A stretch of 64,000 nt of DNA. Source: Dudresnaya verticillata (taxonomy: Eukaryota). Both the position numbers and the translations under genes were made by a program. Below the pieces are notes generated by a model that was not told the origin of the DNA, searched no databases, and was given only the letters and a program-made list of their open reading frames with translations. The stretch spans positions 2,542,001-2,606,000 of the forward strand of contig OZ374562.1 of assembly GCA_977862235.1 (NCBI GenBank), read 5' to 3'. Below, piece by piece: positions 46,889 to 58,930 of the stretch (its first letter is position 1; every line of letters starts with the position of its first letter).

Positions 46889-49406
46889 TGCTTGGAATGC
46901 ATGGCTTCAGTTGCGGTACCTGCAAGAATGGGCACCTATATAAGGGGGGGTTAGGGGTCTTAGCCCGTTGGTATGACTGCCATGGGAGTGAAACAAGCAG
47001 AGCCTACCTCGTGCCGAGAAGGATTTTCTTTCGTGCTCTTCTCATGCGTCTCGCGTGGTGAATGTTTTAGCTACTATGAAGGATAGCAGCGAAAATCTCT
47101 CTTCTAAGCCACCTCATCTCTCTCGTCCTTCAATCTGTCACGGTGGCTATTAACCGCCGCAAACTCTTCGACCACCGCCTTTCACAGTAATTTTAGTTAG
47201 GCCTCCCTACCGGGCTGTAGTCTTTCCTATACGTAAAGGTCTCCATCTCAAATTTTGAAAGTATCTCTGAGCGGCTTCGGTATTATTATGGCTTGTCCAA
47301 GATTTCGCAGCACCACGCTGCTACGTGAACCTAGAAAGACGGGCAGTTGTTTTTGCAGCTTTCGGGCATCCATTATAAGAATCGAGTTTAGTTATATTGA
47401 CGCAATTGGGGAAACATGGGGTGCGGCAGCGACTAGTCCTGTAAAACCTCCATACGATAGCAATTATTCTTCGTTGGAGGGAAAGAACATATGCCACAAA
47501 CTCTCAATCTCTCTTTCCCTGATTGTTGCAGTTCATTGCACTCAATGGCTTGCTTAAGCGTTATTCTTTAGTTGCACTTAGCTAACGCTGATAAAACACT
47601 TGCGTTTTGGTGTTCACTGTTCACGGGCTAGTAGCATCTAGCTGAATAAAGAGCATTTCTCTCTCTCTGGCATTCACGGAGTTCCTCTGAGAGATAGTTT
47701 CCATTCCTACTCGTGCAGCTTGAATAAGCTATCGCTTAGCAAAGCAGCCAATATGTTTGTTGTGCATGTGTACTGACTGCTCAATTTCGTGTCAAGGTTT
47801 CTGAAAGCAAAAAGTCAGGATTGCTCCAGCGTATTCTCGATACAGTCGTTCCAACCAGTGCAAAGAGTCGGTTCCTTGAAAGTTGGCAACGCGCGGGCAT
47901 CAGCTAATTGTGTCAACCAGCCGTGCCACAAACGAATGGTTGTCGATAGCGCCGCAGTTTACCGCGTACTGGCTGAAATTGGTGGCCTAAACTCAGCTGT
48001 CACAGAGGACTCTCCCTGTGCACGAAAACATTTTCGGAGCTTTATAAATACGTGACAGAGACGTTTAACAATAAAGCACTAATCTCTCAATAGGAAAGAA
48101 TGGGCAACTCTATTGTGCTTTGCACAGAACGTAGATTTCTTCAAGCCTGCTCTCAGCAGCGAGGCGCGTTGTGTCGGGTGACGCGACTCGAGTTACGACA
48201 GCACTACCAAGGAGTAGCACCGGCTCTAGAATGGCACGACAAGAATGGCGATTCTATATTATTGTATACAAGATCCGTACCAAGACATTATAAGGCTCTA
48301 AACGTCCGATCACTCGAGAGAGATAGTTTGGATGAGTTGATGCAGAAGGGAAACCCTCTTTCAAGAGACGAAGCATGGAAATGATATCATGTTGACTATT
48401 TTGTCAACAATGTTGCTACATTATTCCTGATCTCAGAAGCATATAACACGTTAAAGAGAAGCGCACTGTAGACAATGCGTGCGTGCTGGAGATTATTCTA
48501 CAGCCGTCATGTAAAGTGCTCCTAACTCCCGGCTGCTGAGACATGAGAGAGATCTAACTACGTCTCACTCTTCTCTGCATTGGTTAGGATGAGGAATCCT
48601 CTGCACACAATGGACATAGGTTCGCTTCCAAACTTGGGCGTCACTGTTTGTTCGCACTATCGAAGAGCAAGTCAGTAAATAGATCACGAGACCAACGTTC
48701 GCAATGAACTCAATCACCTTGGCTATCGCTGGGCTGTGCTTCCTGTCGCTTTTAATTCAAGAATGTTCTGAAGTTGACATCGTCACTGTCCCGGAGGAGA
48801 CACGCAAATGCCCACGTCCTTGTATCAATAAGGTCCCCCTTCTCTATTTTTGACAGTACTATAGATACCTACGGACCGTATCCCGAAGAACGTGGCGAAC
48901 TCTAAGTCCCAAAACACTGTAGGGTACGGTTCTTTGGGGCTGGTTCCTACGTCGTGGAATGCTTTAGGGGATATATTTCAGTGCAACGCTGAGAACGGCA
49001 GGTTCAAGTTTGTGTATTGCGCTTCTTTAAACGATAATATGCGTCCATTGTCGGAACTAACTGTAACTATCATTACATTGACTAGTCATTACACCAACGG
49101 CAATATCGCAGTATCTAGAAGACTGAGTGTTGTAATGCAAGTGTGAGTTAAGGAACTCTATAGAAGATAGCGGGGAGCCCTGAAAAGCGCAAGTCTGCGT
49201 CACAGTCGCGCTACGTAATATGTGGCCGCTAGCCATTAAATGAATTAAATCCTCGAAGGAAACGATTTGTCAATATCGAGCATCAAATGAGAGAAAGCCA
49301 GAGTTTGATCATAGAGAGAGACTTTAATCAACAAATGAAGCTGTGCTGTTGTGTCTGTAATAGGCAGTGGCTTTTGCACTTTCAGAATCGGTTACATAGG
49401 AAACCC

Positions 49407-49438
49407 ATGGATGGATGGATGGATGGATGGATGGATGG
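49407..49438. repeat. (ATGG)8 microsatellite expanded upstream of one knottin copy
   Basis: Directly visible; shorter in the other paralogues. Confidence 0.9.
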
Positions 49439-49708
49439 AAGGATGCGAAGGAGCAAGGCGTAGCACAATAGGAGTCGTTGGAGAGCGCTTCAGTTAAAAT
49501 CATTCAAGATCACACAGTTCTGCACAACATAGAGCCATTTGAAGGCGTTCAAGGCGTTCCCAAGGACTCTACTCTGCAGAGACGTGCGACTTATATACAA
49601 CATATATATACAGTACCCCCGAAGTCAAAGCTCGGTCTCTGCAAATCGTAGATCACTGCCTAAACGTAACCCGAGAATGAGATGGAGAGCGAAAGAGCAA
49701 CATATGCC

Positions 49709-50287
49709 ATGAATTCAATTATTCTGCTTGTTACACTGTGGTGCTACTTGGGGCTCCAATCTCAGACCTGCTCCGCCGTCAGCATCAGCAGAGATCGACG
49801 GCAAAAACGCAGAGAAACACTTGCACCCGTCGATAGACGTACTCTCGGATTTTGTCGGAGGAAGGGGAGGAGTTGTAGCTCCCGGAGCCGCTGCTGTCGA
49901 CCTAATGTCTGCCTCCAATCCAGCTCGAAGTGCGGCGATTGTAAGCCTGCCGGCGATTCTTGTGAACCGTATGGCGGAGAGTGCTGTTCAGGGCTGACTT
50001 GCCCTGCCCGAAAATGCTGTGCGCTTCTCAATGACTACTGCAGTTCAAGCGAATCTTGCTGCAATTCGTACAATTGCGTCAACAACAAATCCCAGCTGAC
50101 CTCCTGTCTTCAAGTAGGAAAAGATTGCAGAGGGAACGAGGAATGCTGCTAGGGAAGTGCTTGTAGTTATATCTCCAAGAAATGCTGTTTCAACCGCTTC
50201 GAATCCTGCGCTTCATCTTCGTCTTGCTGCCCTGGCTTCAATTGTGTCAACGGTAAATGCGACTACCCCAGTCCAAGCAGCGATTAG
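49709..50287 (+). pseudogene. 5-module knottin precursor with a premature stop
   Basis: CAG>TAG at 50150-50152 (ECC*GSACSYISKKCC... continues in frame to TAG at 50287); also a Cys>Ser change (NNKSQ vs HNKCQ). Confidence 0.88.
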
Positions 50288-51180
50288 AGCTCTGATTGCA
50301 CGGCTTGGGTCATAAGCTCGCAAACATTGCGTGTCTGAATGTCTTCTGATACGTCATCTACCACATCCGAGACACACTCGTTTTATTGTAATGATGAAGC
50401 TGTATTGGCAAGTCTTGACAGGCCACTGGGAGGATCGACTATACGTCAAGTTCCGAAGTGGAAAATGACCCTACTCCTGCTGTCAACCAGGATACAAAAA
50501 GATGAAGCTTGGACGTGGACAGAGTAATTTGGAACGTTTTGTGTGTCCTTCACAAGGACCCAACTTGTTTATGCTACTACCTACGCATAAGCTCCGTGAA
50601 AAATGACGGAAGGATGTAGCAGAATTGAGGAGGTTAGAACTAGCGCGGCTATTGCTTGATTAGCTGTTTCCCAAAGGTAGTACTTCTCTTGAACACATTA
50701 ATTGTTTTGATGGCCGTGTCTGATGACCGTAAACTCAACGTGATAGCGAACTGTGTATACTATTCACAGTAGCGTCATGGTAATGTCAATCGTAGCCATG
50801 TTACCAGCATTTGTACAGCATTCATCCTTTTACAGTTCGTACCTTTTGAGTCGAACTCTCTTCAAAGATTGAATTTCAAACAGCAGGCGCAAAGACTGAA
50901 TGCTGCAAGTATTGTAGCCAGTTTATGGTTTGGATTCCTGTAAGTGTTTCTTCTGACTAATCTTCGTGTGGTGTAAAGCCTGTACGGAAGTGAAAAGGTA
51001 CTACTAAGGATAGGGAGCAGTGCCGATCGTTCTACGGCTTCTCGATCGGAAGCTATCAACGATGACTTCTTCGATACTTTGTAATATATATCGTATGAGC
51101 AATTCCGATATGCCATCGGGATCAATACGCTCAAGCTAACGAGAACAGGACAAACAAAGAATGTTCAAGGCCTCCATATA

Positions 51181-51965
51181 ATGACACCAGCAATCCTAGA
51201 GCCACCAATCTATAGTGGCAAGTTCCGTCCTTTCTCATTCAGCACTATCCCTTTTCATGGGAGTGATCTTCGTGTCGAGCCTGAGATCTGGAAGACCATG
51301 GCCCATCTTCGTCTCGGTCTCCCGTTATTCAGTGGCGACCTCCCATGCTCCCGCTGCGCAGCTGGCACCCGCTCCTCTATCCCTCTGCTCGACCGCTATG
51401 GGCACCATGTCACAGTCTGTGGCGCTCGCGAAGGGTCTATCCGTCGCCAAAAAGGCCTTCGGGACAAACTCGCTGCTCATATTCGTACTGTTGCGCTTCA
51501 TCATGGTGTCCAACTTCGCCTGGAAGAGCCCTTTGTTGATCCCTCTGACCCCACCCGCGACCCGCTTCGCCTAGACATCTACGTGGACGATCGCAGCTTT
51601 GCCCCTAAAGCACAAACGTTCGATGTCTCTGTCGTGAGTCCCCATTCATTGCCGTGCAGAACCGGTCGCGTCGCTGGCCAGGTCATCCTTGCCCGCGAGA
51701 GGGCAAAAAGTAGCTATTACCGCGCTGTTTGTGATCAATATGACATCGAGCTGCACCCCATGGTCATTGATATATATGGGCGCACCGGTGCTGGCTTCGA
51801 CATCGGTGCTCAAGTCTTTGCCACTTTCTAGCAGAAAAGAAAGGCACTTGCCAGCTTGCTGAGAAACATGCTCTCTTCAATCGTCTTGTCTCGTTTGTTA
51901 CGCAGTTTGTCGCCGTCAGCGTCAATCGTCGCCGCTTGACTCCTGCAGATTTGCCTCCTATGTAG
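51181..51965 (+). mobile_element. 5'-truncated CRE-like non-LTR retrotransposon: CCHC zinc knuckle plus restriction-like endonuclease
   Basis: RLGLPL..CSRC..LDRYGHHVTVC..RQKGLRD..RLDIYV..FDVSVVSP..RERAKSSYY..HPMVIDIYG; frameshift near 51815, then the frame continues to 51965. Confidence 0.8.
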
Positions 51966-53336
51966 TGCTTAAGAGTATCCAGTAGGGATGCTCTAGCTTC
52001 ATGCTTTCGTAAAGTGACGTCTGCCCCTCCTTTCTCCCACCCACCCGCTCCTTTTCACACACGCTTTAAGTTCACAAGTTACTGTACAGTCTGGTCATGC
52101 AGACCTGGCAAAACAGAGGAATAATTGACTTCCTTTGCATTTGTAGACTACTCTCCAGCTTCGCACGTGCACACACCCGCGGGACTAGATCCCACGACCT
52201 CCATGGCGGACCAAGCAAAAAGAAACCACTACGCTATTGCCGTTTCAGTGTGGCTTTGCTTGGTGTAGTGCTGTGATGCTCCCTACTTAAGATCCTACCT
52301 CAGTAGGTATCTACACATTACTAATTTCTGAATGAAGTTGGTCTTTATTAATAATGGCTACATTTCCTTTTCGGGTTCAGGCAATGACGGTATGCCGTAT
52401 TGCCACATGTTGTAGACACAGCACCCGACATTGTGCCGAAACAGGCATGCAACCGAGACCGCATGATTGCACCAAGTGACTTGGAGGAGATTCGTGTTTG
52501 TGTTGACCTTGGGATTGTGGCAGATCCCTAGCCGTGGTCTAACCTGGGAACTGTGCGTGGGAGAAACTGATGTCTTCCTCCTTTATTGTAGGAGAGGGCC
52601 ATACCCGATGGCTTAAGTACCGTAGAATAAGCGGTGCGATGCTGGGCTGCACCCGGTAGATGGTGACCGGCTGTACGTGTGCTTGTGGTAATTTGGGCCC
52701 GCGCAGCGTTGCGAAGGGAAAGTATACGACTCGGGAAAGGAGAACGGGCGGCGGAAGACAAGAGCGAGAAGGTTGGCGACGCCCCTTGGGCGACCTCTTC
52801 CACTCCACGTGGGGTCCGCGCCGAAGGGCTCTGGCCTTTATGACACTACTGTCTCTCGAGCAAATCTGCTCCTACCAGCTTCCAGCCGAGGAACATCCTC
52901 CAGCCGGGCTGTCGGCGCGCCAGCGAACGCGACAGTCATCTAAGAAAACCTTTTCCTTGACAACTGGCCGTTCCAGGCCGCGAACCTGTACACGTGTGCC
53001 ATCGCGTGAGCGCCCACGCCTTGCGGAGCCGCAAAGGCCGCGGTAGCTTCCAACGCGCTGCTCGCGAGCACAGTGCTCCGCGTCACATGCTACAGGTGTA
53101 GGCTGTCCGCGTGGATTCTAAATGTCAACTACCCGAACTCTCTAGGCCATATCGCTAGCTAGTGGCCTACAAACTCTCTGGGCCATATCGCTAGTGGCCT
53201 ACAGGATTAACTCGTTAGGTTGATATTCTTGCAGCTTTCCATAGTACATGGACACAACAATCACGGCTGTGTGCATTGCTGTACTGCTCATACGTCCGTG
53301 GCAGTCGATATATAGAGATGAATGTGAGTCAACGTG

Positions 53337-54452
53337 ATGACAGCGATACAGCTGTCCACTTTGGGATCACATCTGAGGTATCGCACCACACTGCTGCAAG
53401 CATTAACTCTCCTGACCCCCAAGCCCACACTTAACGCCGCCTCGCCGCACTCGCTTACGCTTATTACGCGACCACAGAAGCGGGCCGAGCGCAACACCGG
53501 GAAATCGTCCCCTCAGAATGGTCGCCTGCACGGGACCAGCCGCAATAGCACAGCAATGCGACCATGCGTCCGGCGGGCTGTCCTCTCCGGGCCATACCGC
53601 ACCCCGCAATTCAGCTATGAGGTGGGGCAGATGCTTGTTGTAAACAGTCTGCACGGCGAGAGCGAGCCTGACGCAGAGCGCAGCCCGCACAGCTTTCACC
53701 CTCCCTTGGAGCCACAATTCCACCCCCTCCACACGCTCCGTACTCGCTCGGAATATTCCGCACTCGCCACGCCGAACGCCTCCATGCCGACGTCGCCACA
53801 GCACATACCGTCAAGAAAGCCCTCGCGGCTCGAGCTGCAGCGCGCCCTGTCCGAGCTGGAGCTGCACCGCGACGCGGTCACCAACGCGGCGCGCTCCACC
53901 GACATCGACGAATCAGAGGCGTACGAGCACTTGCGCAGCGCGGCACGTCTAGCGGGGCGCGTGTCCTCGCTGGAGGCCGCCATGACGACAGCAGCTGGCA
54001 GCTCGGCATCGCCCGAGCCGCCGCCGCCGCCGAATGGCTCCGACGAGCGCATGCTCGCCGCGATTGCCGACAAACGCAAGCGCGTGCGCTACCTGCAACA
54101 TGAGCTGGTAGAGGCTGAGAGCGGGCGCAAGGCTGCAATGGCAAGAGCCGTCGCCGCGCGGAGGGACGGCCGCGAGAGTGTGGCCGCGGCGCAGGCGTCC
54201 AGGGTGTCCGTGCGCCTCTCGCACCGCTTGGAAATGCTCCACGCGCAGGTGCTCCAGGAGCAGATGCAGCTCGACGCGCTCGAGGACGTCGCGATGTGGA
54301 GGAATCAGTGGGCCGGGATGAGGGATTTTCGGGGGGCTATGGAGAGCGCCCGTGGGGACGGCGAATGCCTTTCCGGGGTCGAGGTGCAAACGGAAATTGG
54401 GGAAATGGAGGAGAAGGACCTGCGCAGTTTTCGACCTTCGTTCGACTGGTGA
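53337..54452 (+). CDS. Hypothetical coiled-coil protein (true start may be 53556 or 53784)
   Basis: Long ORF with GC3-rich codons and heptad-like Ala/Glu/Arg/Leu helices from ~53784. Confidence 0.6.
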   Translation: MTAIQLSTLGSHLRYRTTLLQALTLLTPKPTLNAASPHSLTLITRPQKRAERNTGKSSPQNGRLHGTSRNSTAMRPCVRRAVLSGPYRTPQFSYEVGQMLVVNSLHGESEPDAERSPHSFHPPLEPQFHPLHTLRTRSEYSALATPNASMPTSPQHIPSRKPSRLELQRALSELELHRDAVTNAARSTDIDESEAYEHLRSAARLAGRVSSLEAAMTTAAGSSASPEPPPPPNGSDERMLAAIADKRKRVRYLQHELVEAESGRKAAMARAVAARRDGRESVAAAQASRVSVRLSHRLEMLHAQVLQEQMQLDALEDVAMWRNQWAGMRDFRGAMESARGDGECLSGVEVQTEIGEMEEKDLRSFRPSFDW

Positions 54453-54852
54453 CCTCCGCATGGTGATGGCTCCGACATGGTCGCACGACCATGTCCAAAA
54501 ACCGTTTTGGGCTTACAAACTTCTAACGGGTAGGCATCAACACTTGGCGAACTGGACGAGGGGGGAGGTTGGAGGGACTGACGGGCAAGGGTGATTCGAA
54601 TGTGCACCTCCGCAAATATTGAAGCTAGGACTTGTCCTGCTCCACTAATGCCCTCCAAGAGTTGGATAGACGCAACTGCCTCGTCGTGAAGGCGCACAAG
54701 CCCGGCGAGCCGGGATGGCTGTGTTGCGTCTTTCTCGCGGCTTGTACAGTGTCACAAGTGCCCGGCCTTTGTTAGTCAACAGTAGCCCCCCTCACGCGGC
54801 TTTTTACTCCCAACACAACTGCGTAGACACTACGTCTTGATGCAGCGCACTC

Positions 54853-57415
54853 GGATAATAAATTAATGCCACGAGAAGGGGTCCCGCACGTCCACTGGAG
54901 CCCCGGCTCCGGTCGATGATGCTTCAACAGTCCCAGTCACGGAGCCCTTGTGAATAGTCACAGTCGTATCTACATCACCAGACACTGTCGTGGTAGCTGC
55001 CGCAGTGCCCTTCAGCCCTACCTCCGGGATGTTCGACTTCTGTGCCTCACGCATTGCTTTGCCACCTTGCACATCTACTGAGAGCGAGCTCAGATCTGCA
55101 GTTCCCGACGAGTCTATTGGTAGCTCACTGGTCTTGGAGGTTTTCACGAGGTTCGTTCGGACGGCTGTCACGCAGCTGGCATCCCTCTTTCTGCATCGGC
55201 GTCTGGTGGGAGTGGAAAGTAGCTTTGTGTCTATCGACACGTCAAACGCTGCTGCATCCACATTCGTTAGGCTTCCTCCCGACACAGGGCACGTCTGCGG
55301 CGCTAGCATGACTTCCAGCCGCAGGGAGGGAGGGGTGAGCTTCGTTCAGAATAGCGATTGAGTGTGTGTCAGGTCGTGCCGGGGTTTCGTTATTGTAAAG
55401 AAAGGGCGTTTTTCGCAAAACGATAGGTTTTGTTTGATGTACGTAAACGCTACGTACTTCGTATAACGTTGCTATTCACTGTGGCGCCTCAGTGCTCCAA
55501 AGAGCAAAACTGTGGTACTCTTTGGTATTTCTGTCGGTCTGGCCGCAGCGCGGTGCTGCACTCGAGAAATCTGACACAGGGCTATCGTGGGGAGGTTTTC
55601 CGTAGCCGCACTGAAGTGCGAAAAAGTAATTGCAAAGTATATGTGCCACTGCGTGAAGGTTCCGGAAGACAGCCAATCAACCGCACGGCATAGCAGGAAG
55701 CCACCAATCAGATATTTACAAAAGGAGCAGCCCACTTTGCTCGGCATCAGAGGTTTCACAACAACAATTGCTCACAGCAGCTGGGACCCTCCCCGCGCCA
55801 CAGCTGAACTGCGCACCTCACATCCCCAACGGCGATATGATATGCGAGACATGTGATTGGACATTTCGCTCTTCCCGCGCGCTAATTGGGTAAAATCAGG
55901 ACCGTCCTCGTTGTAGCACAACGGCTCTCAACCCATATTTTTTGCATTTGGTGCAGTTGCAGAATATGCCGAACTGCATCATTCAGAGTACTTTTCTCGA
56001 CTGCGGCACCGCGTCACACGGCACTTTCAAAAGTATCCAAACAAAAAGGCCTTCCTCCTCATTGCTGCACACCGCGGTGGGCAAAGTGTCCTTGCCACGC
56101 GCTTCGCGCGCACGCCTCGGCGCGCCTCGGGAACAAAGTGGAAGATGGGACTTTGAGTCGATATTTATCGAGTCGCTTCAACAGATCTGTCGTCCCCCCC
56201 TCTGCCGCCTTCATCGTAGCCTACTGAGTAGGGGACTCTCAGCAGAGCGCCTAGCCCTTTCTCATTTCCCTTACCACATTTCCAACAACGATTGCCGCCT
56301 CCCTCTTGTTCTCCTTCCGTATTCAGTTGTGCAAGTGGAAGAACCGTTTGTCCACTCCACTTCACTCTCCAGTGGAGGGTGAGCGCCTCTACTGATCCGT
56401 ATCTCTTTGGGTGTTTGCATTAAAGACCATATCTTTGCTCCTGATCACAAGCCCAGGCTTTTCACAGCTCTCAACATCAGCCACAATTCTCGCATCAGAT
56501 CTGGTCGCCTCTCCGGAAAAGTTCTTCTCACTGCAAGGGAATGGTTGACACACTGCCAGTACGATACTGTACGTTACTGTACCGTACTCGCACTCCGACG
56601 TCCATTCCCTAGCAGTGATAACTTTCCCAGTACGGTTACTGGCAACACATTACCAGTTTCTTTGTGCTCGCTGCTGAATTGTCCTCCCCCTAATGCTGAT
56701 GGTACGTCTGGCCGTATCGGGACCGGCTTTCGAAAGGCTGCCAGCGTTACTGCCGCTAAGAAGGGCACGACCCCCATAGTCGAGCGCTTTCTTCCGACTC
56801 GTCTCATCAGCTTCGTGATGCTGTATGTTGCTGTTAACGAGCAACTGTCATTGCCTGACATAACCTTTAGAAATACCTCTTGTCCTTTGTAGACTCGTCG
56901 TGATCTGTTGATTATGTTTTCTGTGAAAGTGAAGATTATCCTTTCCTTCCTTCTTCCGTACGCAGTTCCACGCTTAGTGATTTTGTGCACCTCCCCGGGT
57001 CACCGTGCGAATGGAACCGAGGCCTGTTGCAGGCGCCAAAGCCTTACCGGCGTGCCTTCTCGTACATTCCTTGTGTGACACACGCTTTCGAATGCTTGAC
57101 AGGGTTATTCAGATTACAACGCATCCTTTCAGACAGACGCATCTCTGGCTCCTCGCAATGGAAAGGAACAGGTATGCTGTTCGGGATAGTGCGTGAGATA
57201 ATCGAGAGACACCACGAAGAATGTATCAGCAAGAGGAATGAGACCACACACGCACAGGGCACAGCTACCCGAGACTCTGTCTGGCATATCTTTTGCTGGC
57301 ATCTGGTTCCCTACACATCTGCTTGTGGAGAAGGAACGCATCACAGCCTTGCGAAACGACAATGATGGATATGCTCGGGGAAGCTTGGCAGCGAGGCTTG
57401 AGCGCCTGCGACGGC
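54853..57415 (+). repeat. Third, more diverged and internally deleted copy of the 30984..34375 arm
   Basis: Contains the tail-collar fragment, the TIR hairpin and diverged versions of the same ORF-track peptides. Confidence 0.9.
54863..55309 (-). pseudogene. Truncated tail-collar gene copy (148-aa ORF)
   Basis: Near-identical to 30984..31428 and 41568..42014. Confidence 0.85.
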
Positions 57416-57596
57416 CCTCAGTGGTTAGAACTAGCGCAGCTATTGTTTGGTTAGCTGGTTCCCAAAGGTCCCACCATGTGGCAGATTTCGTATGCTCGAT
57501 GCTCGCCGACCTTCAGGCTCAAAAAGTTGCCATTATCTGATAGTCGACGCGCGAAAACGCAAACAACAGATAAAAGTTAAGAGATAGAACCTTTTC

Positions 57597-57667
57597 TAGG
57601 GAGTAAGAGAGAGAGAGATGGGGAACTTTATGGTAGGGTTCGAAGGGCGCTAGAGTTAGGGAGTAAG
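57597..57667 (-). mobile_element. 49-bp retroposed 3'-end fragment with (TC)n tail and 11-bp target-site duplication
   Basis: tagggagtaag at 57597-57607 and 57657-57667 flanks an insert whose minus strand ends ccttcgaaccctaccataaagttccccatctctctctct; the same motif occurs at 16883-16916. Confidence 0.7.
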
Positions 57668-58930
57668 GCAATGCTGAAAACATTCTCTTCGTTTCTATAT
57701 TTTCTCAATGAATGGAGAATCGATACAATGCAATTCTAGCAGTTGTACGGTTCAACTTGTACCGCATCAACCCGTGAGAAAAGTTCAGGCATTCCCTACA
57801 AATGGGGACAGACAGAGGGACCTTAATACGCAACTAGTCAGAAGCCACACTGGGGGGCTGGGAACTATGTAGGAATCCTTTAAGACGCACCCAAGCGCCT
57901 GTAGATACTATCGTCCCAATGACAACCAGAACGGATATATAACATCACTTCATAAGAGCTCAACATACATCCCGTAGGGCTTTTCTCCGACTAGGCCATG
58001 CACGTGCTGTCGCGTTTGGGACAGATATAGTGTGGAGGCGGATTGTACAGGACGCAATATAACGCAACCTCCTACCAGTACCTCCGCAGTGCTTCTTGAG
58101 CGCTGGCGGAGTCTCATTCATCAGACGAGGAGGTGGTTGTGAAAGGTTTCGTTGCGAGTGGTAGCAGGTTGCAGGGGGAGGCCGCGACGCGCCTGCCGCC
58201 GTGCGCCGTGCGTCGATTCAACTTAATCTGGTCTGGGTTGTGGAGTTCGGAGTTATGCAGGGTCGTTGAGCCGGAGGATACCACAGTCTCACCCCTGTGG
58301 CAGCGGCGTACATTTTGCCACAAAGGTCGCCATTCTCTTCTTCTTCTTCTTGAAACGCAGGCGCGCACCACCTCGGATGGGTGAAAGGCGCAGTACCCGG
58401 TGCATTGTTTGTTGCGACGATGCCGCTCGCGCGTGGCACTGAACGCGCGCCAGGCGCGTACGGAAACAGACGTTGCGCATATGGGGGGCGTGAGATCCGG
58501 GGACGGCGGTGGTCAGCTTGCGTCGGGGGCAGGCGTGGCTTGCTGCGGCGTGGAGGCCGCGGCAGCGGCAGACGGCTGAATCACGCGTCCTCGAGGATGG
58601 AGGCGCCGCATTGGCTGCGATGGCCGCGCGTCGGTTTCGACGCTATCGCCGGGCCACGCCCCCACGCGAGTCCCACGCCCAATCGGGGCGCTCCATTCTC
58701 GCGCTGCGACAGAGATGAATGTCATAATCTCAACAGCGAGCGCGAATCTGAAACAGAATATGCATGCGGTTGCTGCCCACTCGCTGTGCTCTCCGTGCGT
58801 TTTGGAGACCGACTCACCGGTTCAAGTGCCTCCTCCATTCCCTTCAGCACGCCCTTCGAGAAGGTAGCGACCACCTTTCCTTCGTCGCCAGCTCCATCTC
58901 CACCGCCGCACACACGCTACCAACAACACA

